The translations under genes and the position numbers were made by a program. DNA of 64,000 nucleotides. It comes from Candidatus Cloacimonadales bacterium. GTDB taxonomy: Bacteria; Cloacimonadota; Cloacimonadia; Cloacimonadales; JAFGVF01. The notes below the pieces were generated by a model. It was given only the letters and a program-made list of their open reading frames with translations. It ran no database searches and had not been told where the DNA came from. How positions within the stretch are numbered: the first letter of the stretch is position 1; the number at the start of each line of letters is the position of its first letter. Below, piece after piece: positions 52,861 to 63,162 of the stretch. The stretch spans positions 3,038,114 to 3,102,113 of the forward strand of contig OY762964.1 in assembly GCA_963667035.1 (NCBI GenBank), read 5' to 3'.

Positions 52861-53325
52861 ATGAATATACGCATTATTTGTCCTGGAAAAACAAAAGACA
52901 ATTACTTAAACCTTGGTATTAAAGAATATTTGAAGAGAATAAGTGCTTGGGCTAAGGTTGAGTTTATTCAGATACCTGATGTGAAACTAAGTAATTCCAA
53001 CACAATTCCAATTGTTAAAGCTAAAGAAGCGGAAATTATAAGGAAATATCTTGATTCTCACAATTATACTATTGCTATGGATGAGAATGGGAAAAATGTA
53101 TCTTCAACAGAGTTAGCAAAAAAGATAGAGACACAACTTGGAGATAAAAATATTGACTTCATTATCGGTGGAGTTTACGGATTAGATAAGTCTATAAGAG
53201 ATAAAGCGGATTTTGTCCTCAGTTTCTCTAAAATGACTTTTACACATCAGATGATTAGGTTGATGCTTGTAGAACAGTTGTATCGTAGTTTTACTATAAT
53301 TAATAACAAAAAATATCATTATTGA
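52861..53325 (+). CDS. rlmH: 23S rRNA pseudouridine-1915 N3-methyltransferase
   Basis: EYLKRI, FIIGG, SFSKMTFTHQMIRLMLVEQLYR, YH. Confidence 0.95.
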   Translation: MNIRIICPGKTKDNYLNLGIKEYLKRISAWAKVEFIQIPDVKLSNSNTIPIVKAKEAEIIRKYLDSHNYTIAMDENGKNVSSTELAKKIETQLGDKNIDFIIGGVYGLDKSIRDKADFVLSFSKMTFTHQMIRLMLVEQLYRSFTIINNKKYHY

Positions 53326-53332
53326 GGAAATT

Positions 53333-53488
53333 ATGAACGGACTATTAAGTACAGAAGCAATCAGTACTTTTCTTGACTCTTTAGGAATAATGGGAAAGGG
53401 AATGTTAGGAATCTTTATATTTATGGGGGTATTCTACTCAATTATTAAACTCCTTGGAAGAGTTACAAAAGCTAAGACAGAAAAATAG
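53333..53488 (+). CDS. 51-aa single-TM protein, OadG-related small subunit-like
   Basis: Below the ORF-track cutoff; SD GAGG; MNGLLSTEAISTFLDSLGIMGKGMLGIFIFMGVFYSIIKLLGRVTKAKTEK; fills the gap between rlmH and the kinase exactly. Confidence 0.7.
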   Translation: MNGLLSTEAISTFLDSLGIMGKGMLGIFIFMGVFYSIIKLLGRVTKAKTEK

Positions 53489-53494
53489 ATACTT

Positions 53495-55447
53495 ATGGCA
53501 GGCTTACAACCATCCCAACAAGATATGTCCACTCATTCCGACCTCTTTAGAATAGTACTGGACTATATCGATAGTAGGATTGCACTATTCTCACTTGACG
53601 GACAGCTTATTTTTGCTAATAAACTGTTTTATGACATGCTTGGTCTGGAAAGGGGAAGAGAAATCAATTTTACTCATCCGGATTGGCTTCATCCTGATGA
53701 TTTTGAAGTATATAGAGAATCACTTGAAGTTGCTATCTCCGAAGGTGAATCAGAGAGTGAGTACAGATGCTATACTCTAAACGGTGAGCTCATAAATATG
53801 TACGCAAGAAATATACTTATGAGGGATAATACTCATCGTCCTAATCTGATAGTCAGTATTACTCATGATATTACTAATTTTAAACAGCGTGAATATGAGA
53901 TATTGAACTCAAGAAATCTGTTTGAGACTTTAATTGAAAACATACCTACCGGTGTGTTCGTTAAGGATGCCTCTACAGGTCAATACATAATCTGGAATAA
54001 GATTTGTGAGAAGATATATTCTCTTCCTAAAGAAGAAGCTGTAGGGAAGACAGATGTCGAACTATTCCCTAATGATACTGCAAAAAGATTCATGATAAAA
54101 GATGATGAAGTAGTAAAGAAGGGATTATTCGGTGAATATGAGGAAATTCTGCTAACACCATCCGGCAACAGCTACAATCTGATTAAGGTAAAAATCCCTT
54201 TCAAACTTAAAAGTAAAAACAATATGATTATTGGTATACTTAGGGATGTTACATCAGAAAGAAATCAAGAACGAGAGTTAAGACAAGCAAGAGAAAAAGC
54301 TTTGGAAAGCGATAGATTGAAAACTGCCTTCCTAGCAAATATGTCACATGAAATTAGAACCCCCTTAAACTCAATTCTGGGATTCTCCGATTTAATGGAT
54401 AACCCCAATACCTCTGAACTTGACAAAAAAACTTACCTTTCCATTATACGAAATAATGGAAAAAGACTTTTATCATTGATAAATGATATAATAGATATTT
54501 CAAAAATAGAATGTAAACAATTGGAAATTAATAAGAATATGATTAATGTTAACAGTATCATTCGAACACTCCATAGTACTTTTGAGTTGCAGAAGGGTAA
54601 ACTCAATAAGCCAAGAGTTAAGATTTTCTTCTCTATACCTCTTCCTGATTCTGAGGCAGTGTTAAATACTGACCAGATAAGATTTGAGCAGATTTACACT
54701 AATTTATTGAATAATGCACTTAAGTTTACGGATTCAGGCTACATTGAGTTTGGGTATAAGGTTGTAAAAGATTCTATGACATTCTATGTCACAGATTCCG
54801 GTAGAGGTATTAAGAAAGAGGATATAGAGAGTATCTTTAACAGGTTTAGAACCTCTAGAAATGGCAAGACAGCCCAAACCGGAGCAGGTCTTGGACTTAC
54901 TATAAGTAAAGAACTTGTTGAATTACTTGGAGGTAAGATTTGGGTTGAATCTGAGATTAATGAAGGTTCTACATTTTACTTCTCGCTTCCCTACTCCAAG
55001 GAAGATAGATTACCAACCGAACCAAGAGTTAACAATCAAGGGCAAAGTATAAAAACAGAGTGTTGTAGATGGGCTGAATACAAGATACTGATAACTGAAG
55101 ATAACGAAGATGTCAGATTCTATCTTGAAAGTCTTCTAAAACCCACTTGTATAAATATCACTTTTGCAGAAACCGGAAGTGAAGCTGTGAAATTATGTAA
55201 TGAGAATGAGTTTGATCTTATTCTTATGGATATTGATTTGCCTGAAATGGATGGTAAAGAAGCTTTCAAATTGATACATAAAAAGCATCCTGAAGTTCCG
55301 GTGATAGCCGAAACCGCTTATGCAATGGTTGGTGATGAGGAGAACCTAAGAAAACTTGGATTTGCTGATTACTTATCTAAACCTTTCAGCAAAGAGCAGT
55401 TATTGACTTCTATGAATGGATTTCTAAACACAGAAGTGAAAGATTAA
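53495..55447 (+). CDS. Cytoplasmic hybrid histidine kinase (PAS-PAS-HisKA-HATPase-REC)
   Basis: HPDD and DIT PAS/PAC motifs, FLANMSHEIRTPLN, NALKFT, GLGL, LILMDIDLP. Confidence 0.92.
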   Translation: MAGLQPSQQDMSTHSDLFRIVLDYIDSRIALFSLDGQLIFANKLFYDMLGLERGREINFTHPDWLHPDDFEVYRESLEVAISEGESESEYRCYTLNGELINMYARNILMRDNTHRPNLIVSITHDITNFKQREYEILNSRNLFETLIENIPTGVFVKDASTGQYIIWNKICEKIYSLPKEEAVGKTDVELFPNDTAKRFMIKDDEVVKKGLFGEYEEILLTPSGNSYNLIKVKIPFKLKSKNNMIIGILRDVTSERNQERELRQAREKALESDRLKTAFLANMSHEIRTPLNSILGFSDLMDNPNTSELDKKTYLSIIRNNGKRLLSLINDIIDISKIECKQLEINKNMINVNSIIRTLHSTFELQKGKLNKPRVKIFFSIPLPDSEAVLNTDQIRFEQIYTNLLNNALKFTDSGYIEFGYKVVKDSMTFYVTDSGRGIKKEDIESIFNRFRTSRNGKTAQTGAGLGLTISKELVELLGGKIWVESEINEGSTFYFSLPYSKEDRLPTEPRVNNQGQSIKTECCRWAEYKILITEDNEDVRFYLESLLKPTCINITFAETGSEAVKLCNENEFDLILMDIDLPEMDGKEAFKLIHKKHPEVPVIAETAYAMVGDEENLRKLGFADYLSKPFSKEQLLTSMNGFLNTEVKD

Positions 55448-55488
55448 TAGTTGACTTGCAATAGAAGGAAAAAATATTCTTGACAGAA

Positions 55489-55515
55489 TTAGCAAACTAT
55501 GATTTAGATTGCCAA
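55489..55515 (+). promoter_or_regulatory. Degenerate CIRCE (HrcA operator) upstream of groES
   Basis: TTAGCAAAC-N9-GATTGCCAA versus consensus TTAGCACTC-N9-GAGTGCTAA; follows TTGACT-N18-TATTCT. Confidence 0.65.
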
Positions 55516-55540
55516 GTAAATTAATTTTAATGGAGGAATT

Positions 55541-55810
55541 ATGCTTAAACCAATTCAAGATAATGTTTGTTTGAGAAGAGTTGCAGTCGATAAAGAGATG
55601 GTTAACGGTCTTTATGTACCGGATACTGCCGCGAACTCTTCAAATGTCGGGATTATAGTAGCTTTAGGCACGGATCCTGAGATGCTTGAAACCTTAAAAG
55701 TAGGAGATAAAGTCATTTATAAAGAATATGCCGGTGTAGAGGTAGAGTTTGAAGATGAGGTATATCTCATGGTGAAGTTCTCAGACATTCTATGTATTAT
55801 TGAAAAATAA
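55541..55810 (+). CDS. groES: Co-chaperonin GroES
   Basis: LKPIQDNV, mobile loop GLYVPDTA, LKVGDKVIYKEYAG, DIL. Confidence 0.92.
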   Translation: MLKPIQDNVCLRRVAVDKEMVNGLYVPDTAANSSNVGIIVALGTDPEMLETLKVGDKVIYKEYAGVEVEFEDEVYLMVKFSDILCIIEK

Positions 55811-55824
55811 TTAGTCATTGATTT

Positions 55825-55856
55825 GGGAGATTACGAAGGTAATCTCCCTTTTTTTT
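55825..55856 (+). terminator. Terminator directly after groES
   Basis: GGGAGATTAC-GAAG-GTAATCTCCC + T8. Confidence 0.9.
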
Positions 55857-55951
55857 ATAAAAACTTTTTGACAGAATCTTACTCAAGCTTATTATAATTA
55901 GGTATAAAACAAAAAACAGATAACCTTTCTAACCTAACCATAGAAGGTAAT

Positions 55952-58900
55952 ATGCACCAAAATAAGCTTGGACATAGTTCTTATAACTTTTTTTTACTTT
56001 TACCTATCCTTATCTGTATTCTAACCATTATTAGTTGGGTAACAGGAAATTGGAGAGTATTTAGTTTTAGTGAAGAATACATACCAATGCCTCTTTCTAA
56101 CTCAATAGCTTTTCTCCTCATCAGCTTATCCTTTTTCTTTCACATGACAGTAAAAAAGAAAAGTGTTTTAAAAGGATCTATCATTTTAATACTAAGTGTA
56201 TTGATTATAGCTTGCGTATCTGTGATGATATCACCTTGGGCTCATCTTCTTTCATCAATCGAAAAGTTTCTTTTTGATGGAGAAGTAATAGTAATCCAGC
56301 ATCCTGTTGGGAAAATGGCACCAACTTCCGCGTTTTCCATAGCAGTTCTCTCTTTTATAGCAATACTATGTTTGGCTATTCCTGAAGAAAAAGAGTTTTT
56401 ACATAATATAGTTATTGGCTTGGCTTTGATAACAACTGTGTTTTCACTCTGGATATTTGTAAGTTATCTGATTGGAGTCCCTCAGCTATATTATAGGAAA
56501 CAGATACCAATGTCAGTTTTTACTTCCCTGACAGTCTTGCTCATTTCTTTGATAGTTTTAGTGACACATATTCGGAAGAGTTTTATTAACAAGTTATTGG
56601 GAATTCAATTGATTGATGATAAGATTATTATTGATAATTACCTTATCAGATCTATTGCCATTTTCATAGTACTCTCTGTTATTATGAGTATTGGTGGAAT
56701 AATATATCTGCATTATCAAGTAAAACATGAACGAAAGAAGATTGTTGAACAATTGGAATTAGTTGCTGATATGCAAACCAAGCATATCAATGCATGGTAT
56801 CAGGATCAATTAACGATTCTTAATCTAATATTCCAATCCCGGCAGTATGTACTGTATTTTAATAGTAATTACCGAAACAACACAATGGCTGATATGCATC
56901 TCAAATATAATGAAGTCTATTCTGATTTATCTGTTAAATACCATTTCGATTCATTAATACTATTTGATCGTAAAGGTTCAGTGATGTACAGTTATGGGGA
57001 TGGAGCAGATTCATCTAAAAACTATTCCTATTGCTTGCATGAGAACTCAATGAGTAACAACATTATGTTAGAGGATTTCCATGTAGAGAAAGATAATGAG
57101 GAAACGAAAATCCATTTTGATTTCATAATACCTGTTATGTCTGATGTCGAAGGGCAAGAACCTATTGCTTACTGGCTTATGCAATATAACCCTTTTTATT
57201 CATTTTATCCTTATATACGGGAATGGCCAACAAATTCCCTGACAGCTGAAACAATGATTGTGAAAGAGGACGGTGGAAGAGTTAAATATCTAAATGACTT
57301 AAGACATATAGACAACTCAGAGTTACAGCTATCTTTCGATATTGCTAAAAGACCTTTACTACCGTCTGTTAAAGCTCTTAAGTTTGGAATGGGGGTTGTT
57401 GAAAGCCCCGATTATCGTAATGTGCTCGTTTTAGCTGCTTTTAGGAAAATAGAAGGCATTAACTGGTTTTTAGTCTCTAAAATGGATTTAAGAGAAGTGT
57501 ATATTCCAATAAAACAAGAGGCCTTAGGACTTGGTGCTTTTGTTATGTCCTTAATGCTGATAGCTGCATTTAGCATTGTATACTCACAAAGAAGACGTGA
57601 ATTGCAAGCTTCCTTAAAAGTTTCTAGAGAGTGGCAGTTTACTTTTGACTCAGTTAATGATGTCTTATGGTTACTAGACACTAATTGCAGGATAATAAGG
57701 AGTAATTCAACTGTTTATGATTATTTTGGACTATCACCGGAAGAGGTTGTAGGTAGAACATACTGGGATTTAATCCCTAAGTCAAGTGATAATAAGTGTT
57801 CTTTCGAAAAACTAAAGTCTCACAAGGGACGAGTAAGTGAAGAAATGAAAATAGGGGATAAATGGTTTATTATCTTACTGGATCCTATTTACGATGAAGA
57901 TGGAAATATTTTCAGAATAATACATATTATGAGAGATATTACTGAAAGTAAAGAAACAGCATTAATTGTAAAAGATAAAGAAGAGAAGCTTAAAGCAATA
58001 ATAAATGGAGCTCCTTTTGGAGCATATACTTGGGAGTTGAATGAACTAGATGAGCTTATATTAACCGGAACAAATAGGTCAGCAGATGAAATTCTAGGAG
58101 TAAATAGCTCTGCTAATTTTGGTAAGAGCTTACTTGAACTTTTCCCAGGTGATAACATGGGTGGATTGAATGAAGTCTATAAGAATGTTGCTCTAACAGG
58201 GGAACCATTTGCTTCAGAACAGATAAGCTATAGTCACGGCGATATTTATGGGGTATTTGATGTCTATGCCTTACAAGTTATGCCAAGGACTGTAACAGTT
58301 TTCTTTAAGGATGTTACGGAAAAGAAAAAAGCAGAAGAAAAAATCAGGCAGCTTAACGAGACATTGGAACAGAAAGTAAAGGATAGAACTAAGCAATTAC
58401 AGAATGCTCTACAGGATTTAGAGTCGTTCTCGTATTCAGTTTCCCATGATTTAAGAGCTCCGTTACGAGGCATAGACGGACTCAGTCAGATTGTTCTTGA
58501 AGACTATGGCGATTTAATTGATGAATCTGGCAAAGAGTATTTAGTTAGAGTAAGGAATGAAACTAAAAAACTTGAAGAGATGATAGAAGCAATTTTAAGT
58601 CTGTCTCGAACTTCCAGATTAAGTGCAAATATTAGTCAAGTTAATCTAAGTAAACTAGCAAATGAAATTATTTTAGGACTTAAAGAGCAATATCCGGAAA
58701 GAGAGATGGAGTTTACTATTCAAGAGAATATGAAAGTTCAGGGAGATAGGAAACTTCTGGATGTTGTTTTAACAAATCTTCTTTCAAATGCTTGCAAATA
58801 TACCTCGAAAGAAATGGTTAGTAAAATAGAATTTGGGAAAGAGATAGTTGATAATACCGTGACATACTATGTTAAGGATAATGGAGTTGGTTTTGATATG

Positions 58901-59107
58901 AAATATTCCAAGAAGCTGTTTGTACCATTCCAAAGACTCCATAGTTACAGAGATTTTAAAGGCACAGGAGTAGGATTAGCAACTGTAAAAAGAATTATTG
59001 ATAGACATAATGGTACAATTAAGGCGGAATCAATTCAGAATGAAGGTACTACTTTTTATTTTACAATAGGGAGAATATATGAAGATAAAAAAGATATTAC
59101 TGGTTGA
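55952..59107 (+). CDS. Membrane sensor histidine kinase (multi-TM, Cache-like, PAS x2)
   Basis: N-terminal TMs, extracytoplasmic domain, PAS domains, FSYSVSHDLRAPLR, NACKYT, DNGVGFD, GVGLA. Confidence 0.92.
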   Translation: MHQNKLGHSSYNFFLLLPILICILTIISWVTGNWRVFSFSEEYIPMPLSNSIAFLLISLSFFFHMTVKKKSVLKGSIILILSVLIIACVSVMISPWAHLLSSIEKFLFDGEVIVIQHPVGKMAPTSAFSIAVLSFIAILCLAIPEEKEFLHNIVIGLALITTVFSLWIFVSYLIGVPQLYYRKQIPMSVFTSLTVLLISLIVLVTHIRKSFINKLLGIQLIDDKIIIDNYLIRSIAIFIVLSVIMSIGGIIYLHYQVKHERKKIVEQLELVADMQTKHINAWYQDQLTILNLIFQSRQYVLYFNSNYRNNTMADMHLKYNEVYSDLSVKYHFDSLILFDRKGSVMYSYGDGADSSKNYSYCLHENSMSNNIMLEDFHVEKDNEETKIHFDFIIPVMSDVEGQEPIAYWLMQYNPFYSFYPYIREWPTNSLTAETMIVKEDGGRVKYLNDLRHIDNSELQLSFDIAKRPLLPSVKALKFGMGVVESPDYRNVLVLAAFRKIEGINWFLVSKMDLREVYIPIKQEALGLGAFVMSLMLIAAFSIVYSQRRRELQASLKVSREWQFTFDSVNDVLWLLDTNCRIIRSNSTVYDYFGLSPEEVVGRTYWDLIPKSSDNKCSFEKLKSHKGRVSEEMKIGDKWFIILLDPIYDEDGNIFRIIHIMRDITESKETALIVKDKEEKLKAIINGAPFGAYTWELNELDELILTGTNRSADEILGVNSSANFGKSLLELFPGDNMGGLNEVYKNVALTGEPFASEQISYSHGDIYGVFDVYALQVMPRTVTVFFKDVTEKKKAEEKIRQLNETLEQKVKDRTKQLQNALQDLESFSYSVSHDLRAPLRGIDGLSQIVLEDYGDLIDESGKEYLVRVRNETKKLEEMIEAILSLSRTSRLSANISQVNLSKLANEIILGLKEQYPEREMEFTIQENMKVQGDRKLLDVVLTNLLSNACKYTSKEMVSKIEFGKEIVDNTVTYYVKDNGVGFDMKYSKKLFVPFQRLHSYRDFKGTGVGLATVKRIIDRHNGTIKAESIQNEGTTFYFTIGRIYEDKKDITG

Positions 59108-59519
59108 AGACAATGAAAGTGATATTATCTTAACCAAAAGAGCATTTTCAAAGAGCAAAATTGCTAATGAGCTTATTGTTGTTGAAGATGGAGAACAAGC
59201 TTTAGACTATTTTCATTGTAGGGGACAGTTTGCTGATAAAAGACCTGATGATTTACCTTCAATAGTTTTATTGGATTTACATTTACCAAAGGTTGACGGT
59301 TTTACTGTCTTAAAAGAGATTCGTTCTAACGAATTAACCAAAAGACTTCCTGTGATTGTTATGACATCATCAAAAGAAGATAGAGATATCATCGCTTCTT
59401 ATGATAATGGAGCTAACAGCTACGTACGTAAGCCTATAGACTTTAACAATTTTGTTGAGTCTGTAAATTATCTTGGTCTCTATTGGTTAATTATGAATGA
59501 ACCACCTCCAAGGAGTTAA
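59079..59519 (+). CDS. Single-domain response regulator (Rcp1-like)
   Basis: LLVEDN, LLDLHLPKVDG, TSS, GANSYVRKP. Confidence 0.92.
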   Translation: MKIKKILLVEDNESDIILTKRAFSKSKIANELIVVEDGEQALDYFHCRGQFADKRPDDLPSIVLLDLHLPKVDGFTVLKEIRSNELTKRLPVIVMTSSKEDRDIIASYDNGANSYVRKPIDFNNFVESVNYLGLYWLIMNEPPPRS

Positions 59520-59529
59520 GTCATATACA

Positions 59530-60513
59530 ATGAATAGTTTTAAAGCTTATGTTTGGCTTACATGCCATCCTGACATGGATCCCAAAGAATGGAAATCAAA
59601 ATTTATGATGGCTTCAGAGCATGGGCTATCGGGAGCTTTTTTAAGTAAATCAGTACCATCATCAATTATTGAAGAAGCAAAACAATCCGGTCTAGAAGTT
59701 CATCTTTGGAGGATGATTATCGATAGACCGGATATATTTAGGGAAGATAAGAGACGGGATTGGTACATGATAAACAGAAATGGTGTTTCTTGTGCCGATA
59801 ATCCTCCGTATGTAGATTATTACAGATGGCTGTGCCCTAATCACCCGGATGTTTTACCGTTTCTAAAGAACGAAATTATAGAGCTTCTCAAAATAGATGC
59901 CATTGACGGCATACATTTGGATTACATTAGATATCCAGATGTGATATTGCCCATAGGACTTCAACCTAAATATAATTTAGTTCAAGATAGAGAATTTCCT
60001 GAGTTTGATTTTTGTTACTGTGATAACTGTAGGGAAAAATTTCTAAATGATTATGGAAAGGACGTAGGAAGTATTAAGTCACCGGAGGATGATAAAGATT
60101 GGCTCGAATTCAGATTGAAAAGCATTAACACTATAGTTAATGAGTTATCATCAGTTGTTAGTAGTCATAACAAAAAGATTACTGCGGCTGTATTTCCGAC
60201 TCCGGAAAATGCTCGTAGTACGGTAAGGCAAGATTGGGCTAATTGGGATGTAGATTCTGTGTATCCAATGCTATATCATGGATTCTATAATGAGAATATC
60301 GAGTGGATTGGAGATTGCATTGTCTCCGGGTTCAATGAAACTAACCACAAACTCCCTATATATGCAGGTTTGTATCTTCAGGACCTATCTCCGGAGGAGT
60401 TAAAAGATACTATCTCTATTGTTAAGAAAAGGGGTGGTGCAGGAATATCACTTTTTAATTGGAACGATATGAATCCGGATTACTGGAAAACTATAAAGGA
60501 ACAATTTATCTAA
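59530..60513 (+). CDS. Glycoside hydrolase-like 10 (GHL10/DUF187) protein
   Basis: WLCPNHPDV, DGIHLDYIRYP, QDWANW, PMLY; ATG 59530 after AGGAG. Confidence 0.8.
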   Translation: MNSFKAYVWLTCHPDMDPKEWKSKFMMASEHGLSGAFLSKSVPSSIIEEAKQSGLEVHLWRMIIDRPDIFREDKRRDWYMINRNGVSCADNPPYVDYYRWLCPNHPDVLPFLKNEIIELLKIDAIDGIHLDYIRYPDVILPIGLQPKYNLVQDREFPEFDFCYCDNCREKFLNDYGKDVGSIKSPEDDKDWLEFRLKSINTIVNELSSVVSSHNKKITAAVFPTPENARSTVRQDWANWDVDSVYPMLYHGFYNENIEWIGDCIVSGFNETNHKLPIYAGLYLQDLSPEELKDTISIVKKRGGAGISLFNWNDMNPDYWKTIKEQFI

Positions 60514-60514
60514 T

Positions 60515-61492
60515 ATGAGAATTTATACTGAATCAAATCCTAAAATGCCTTGGGAAGAACGTCAAGGTAATGAACTTATTTGGAGAAGTAACTCCAACCC
60601 TATTATAAAAAGAGATCACCTACCTACATCAAACAGTATATTTAATAGTGCTGTTGTTACTTACAAGGATGGATATGCAGGTGTGTTTAGATGTGACAAC
60701 AAGAACAGAGAAATGAGAATACATGCAGGATTCTCTCAGGATGGTTACAACTGGGATATTAATCCTGAGCCGATTGTATTACAACCTTTACCGGGAGTTC
60801 CTAATGAGTTTGATTATGCTTATGATCCTAGAGTTATAAAGCTTGATGATAAGTATTATGTAACATGGTGCAATGGTTATCATGGTCCTACTATTGGTAT
60901 CGCTTATACGGAAGATTTTAAAACTTTTCATCAATTGGAAAATGCTTTTTTACCTTACAATAGGAATGGAGTACTTTTCCCCAAAAAAATAAATAACAAT
61001 TATGCAATGGTTAGCAGACCTAGTGATGCAGGTCATACGGCATTCGGGAATATTTTCTATAGCGAGAGTCCCGATATGGTTTTCTGGGGTAAACACAGGC
61101 ATGTTTTCTCTGCCGGAGCATCGCCTTGGCAGAGTTTAAAGATTGGTGCAGGACCTGTTCCTATAGAAACAGATGAAGGCTGGTTGTTATTCTATCATGG
61201 AGTTCTATTGTCTTGTAACGGATATGTATATCATTTGGGAGCAATGTTACTTGATAGAGAAGAACCATGGAAAGTAATTGCTGCCGGTAAAGACTATCTT
61301 ATGTCTCCTCAAGAACTTTATGAATGTGTGGGAGATGTTCCTAATGTAGTATTTCCTTGTGCAGCTCTGACTGATCAAGATACAGGGCGAATTGCAATTT
61401 ACTATGGAGCAGCCGATACTTCTACTTGCTTGGCATTTTGTTATGCTGATGAAATTGTGGAGCATATTAAAGCTAATAATGTTATCGTTTAA
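60515..61492 (+). CDS. GH130 beta-mannoside/mannooligosaccharide phosphorylase
   Basis: IFNSAVV, YDPRV, YNRNGVLFP, KIGAG, GDVPNVVFP, YYGAAD. Confidence 0.9.
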   Translation: MRIYTESNPKMPWEERQGNELIWRSNSNPIIKRDHLPTSNSIFNSAVVTYKDGYAGVFRCDNKNREMRIHAGFSQDGYNWDINPEPIVLQPLPGVPNEFDYAYDPRVIKLDDKYYVTWCNGYHGPTIGIAYTEDFKTFHQLENAFLPYNRNGVLFPKKINNNYAMVSRPSDAGHTAFGNIFYSESPDMVFWGKHRHVFSAGASPWQSLKIGAGPVPIETDEGWLLFYHGVLLSCNGYVYHLGAMLLDREEPWKVIAAGKDYLMSPQELYECVGDVPNVVFPCAALTDQDTGRIAIYYGAADTSTCLAFCYADEIVEHIKANNVIV

Positions 61493-61546
61493 TAATAAGA
61501 AAGGGGTAAGCACCCAGTGTGTCTACCCCTAAATTTATGGTTTTGA

Positions 61547-62848
61547 TTATTTCACTTTATAACCGGCATTTTCAATAGCTTCTTCGACTTTATGTTTATC
61601 GAAGTTACCTCTCACAATTGCAACTTTCTCAGTTAAACTAACTTTAGCATTTATTACCCCCTCAACTTCCTCAATAGACTCTTTAACATGGCGTACACAG
61701 TGAGAGCAAGTCATTCCATCAACTCCAATTGTTAACTCATTTTCCTTATCAGAATTCTCAGAATGATTATGCGGTATAGCTTCATGATTGTCATGACTAT
61801 GGCTTTCTCTTTTTATCATACCCTTTAATCTTCTATACAATGAGAATAGCAGAGCAATGCTGAACAATCCGGTTAAAACATACTTCCATGTTGCAGTATT
61901 ACCTTCATGGTGTCCCATCAGCATTAGATTCATGTCTACTTGAAGGAAATCCAGAAGTTTGTTTAGAACAAAACCTCCGATTAAAGCAGTGATTGTGATA
62001 GTAGAAAGATAGATGAGCATTATTTTAAGTCCGAGAGCTTTCATCACCATTGATATAGTAGCAATATTGGTTGCCGGTCCAACTGTGAGAAAAACAAATG
62101 CTGCACCTGGAGAGAATCCCTTCATCATTAAAGAAATGGCAATAGGAATTGAACCGGTAGCACATACATACAGCGGTAGCCCGAAAAGAATAATTAATAA
62201 CATCCCTGTAAAGCCTTTACCGTATGACTCAAAGAATCCTTCAGGAACAAAAAGAGCTATGAGGGCAGCAAGCAATATGCCAACAACAAGTTGGGGAGAG
62301 ATGTCATCCAAGAACTCAATAAATGCGTAACGTATCAACTCACCAAAACTTTTTTTGTTTGGTTTTGCATCTACTGAACAACTACCGCTTGAACAACAAC
62401 TGGTAACAACCGGCTTCTCATGATTGATTTCTTGCTTTTTAACAAAGATATTAGTTGCTACTCCACCTGTAATTCCTGAAATGAAAGCCCATATAGGTCT
62501 GAATATTCCAAACACTGGTCCTAACATACCAATTGTCGGAGTTATGCTATCAATACCTGTCTGAGGTGTGGATATAAGGAATGACACGGTAGCTCCTTGG
62601 GAAGCACCTTTCTTATTGATGTGTAAGGCTGTTGGAATTACTCCACATGAACATAGTGGCATAGGTACTCCAACTAGAGCAGCTTTTAAAACAGCACTAA
62701 ATTTATTGCTTCCTAATTGCTTTCCTATCCAATCATCTTTAATCAAAAGGTGTAATATACCTACAAATGCAAGACCTATGAATAGGTATGGAGCAAGCTC
62801 AACATATACTGACCAAAGCTCCGGTAAAAAAGCATTAAGTTTATTCAT
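61547..62848 (-). CDS. DUF318/ArsP-type permease with His-rich linker and C-terminal HMA domain (SO_0444-like Cu/Zn efflux)
   Basis: PLCSCGVIP, STPQTGIDS, YVCATGSIP, GPATN, GMTCSHC; ATG 62848 after GGAGGAAGG. Confidence 0.88.
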   Translation of the reverse strand: MNKLNAFLPELWSVYVELAPYLFIGLAFVGILHLLIKDDWIGKQLGSNKFSAVLKAALVGVPMPLCSCGVIPTALHINKKGASQGATVSFLISTPQTGIDSITPTIGMLGPVFGIFRPIWAFISGITGGVATNIFVKKQEINHEKPVVTSCCSSGSCSVDAKPNKKSFGELIRYAFIEFLDDISPQLVVGILLAALIALFVPEGFFESYGKGFTGMLLIILFGLPLYVCATGSIPIAISLMMKGFSPGAAFVFLTVGPATNIATISMVMKALGLKIMLIYLSTITITALIGGFVLNKLLDFLQVDMNLMLMGHHEGNTATWKYVLTGLFSIALLFSLYRRLKGMIKRESHSHDNHEAIPHNHSENSDKENELTIGVDGMTCSHCVRHVKESIEEVEGVINAKVSLTEKVAIVRGNFDKHKVEEAIENAGYKVK

Positions 62849-63162
62849 TCCTTCCTCCAATATAATATCCTATCTCTATAATAGGATATATACAAATTAT
62901 TCCGGTTTGATTGTGTGGCAAGAAGTTTATCATATTTTTTTAGTAGGAGATAGGTAAGCGTTTAGATATGATAGTATTAGGGGCTAATTAGCCGGTTTAT
63001 TCTTAAGTAAGATTTTATCGAATACTTTGGGATAAAGCTTTAATTATGTAATATAGTTTAACATGAAATTAATTGTTGAAGCCGATAAGGTAATTGACAA
63101 AAAAAGTGTGAGATATTTCTTGCAATTGTATGAATTTGCATAAATTAGAAGTAATAGATTAG

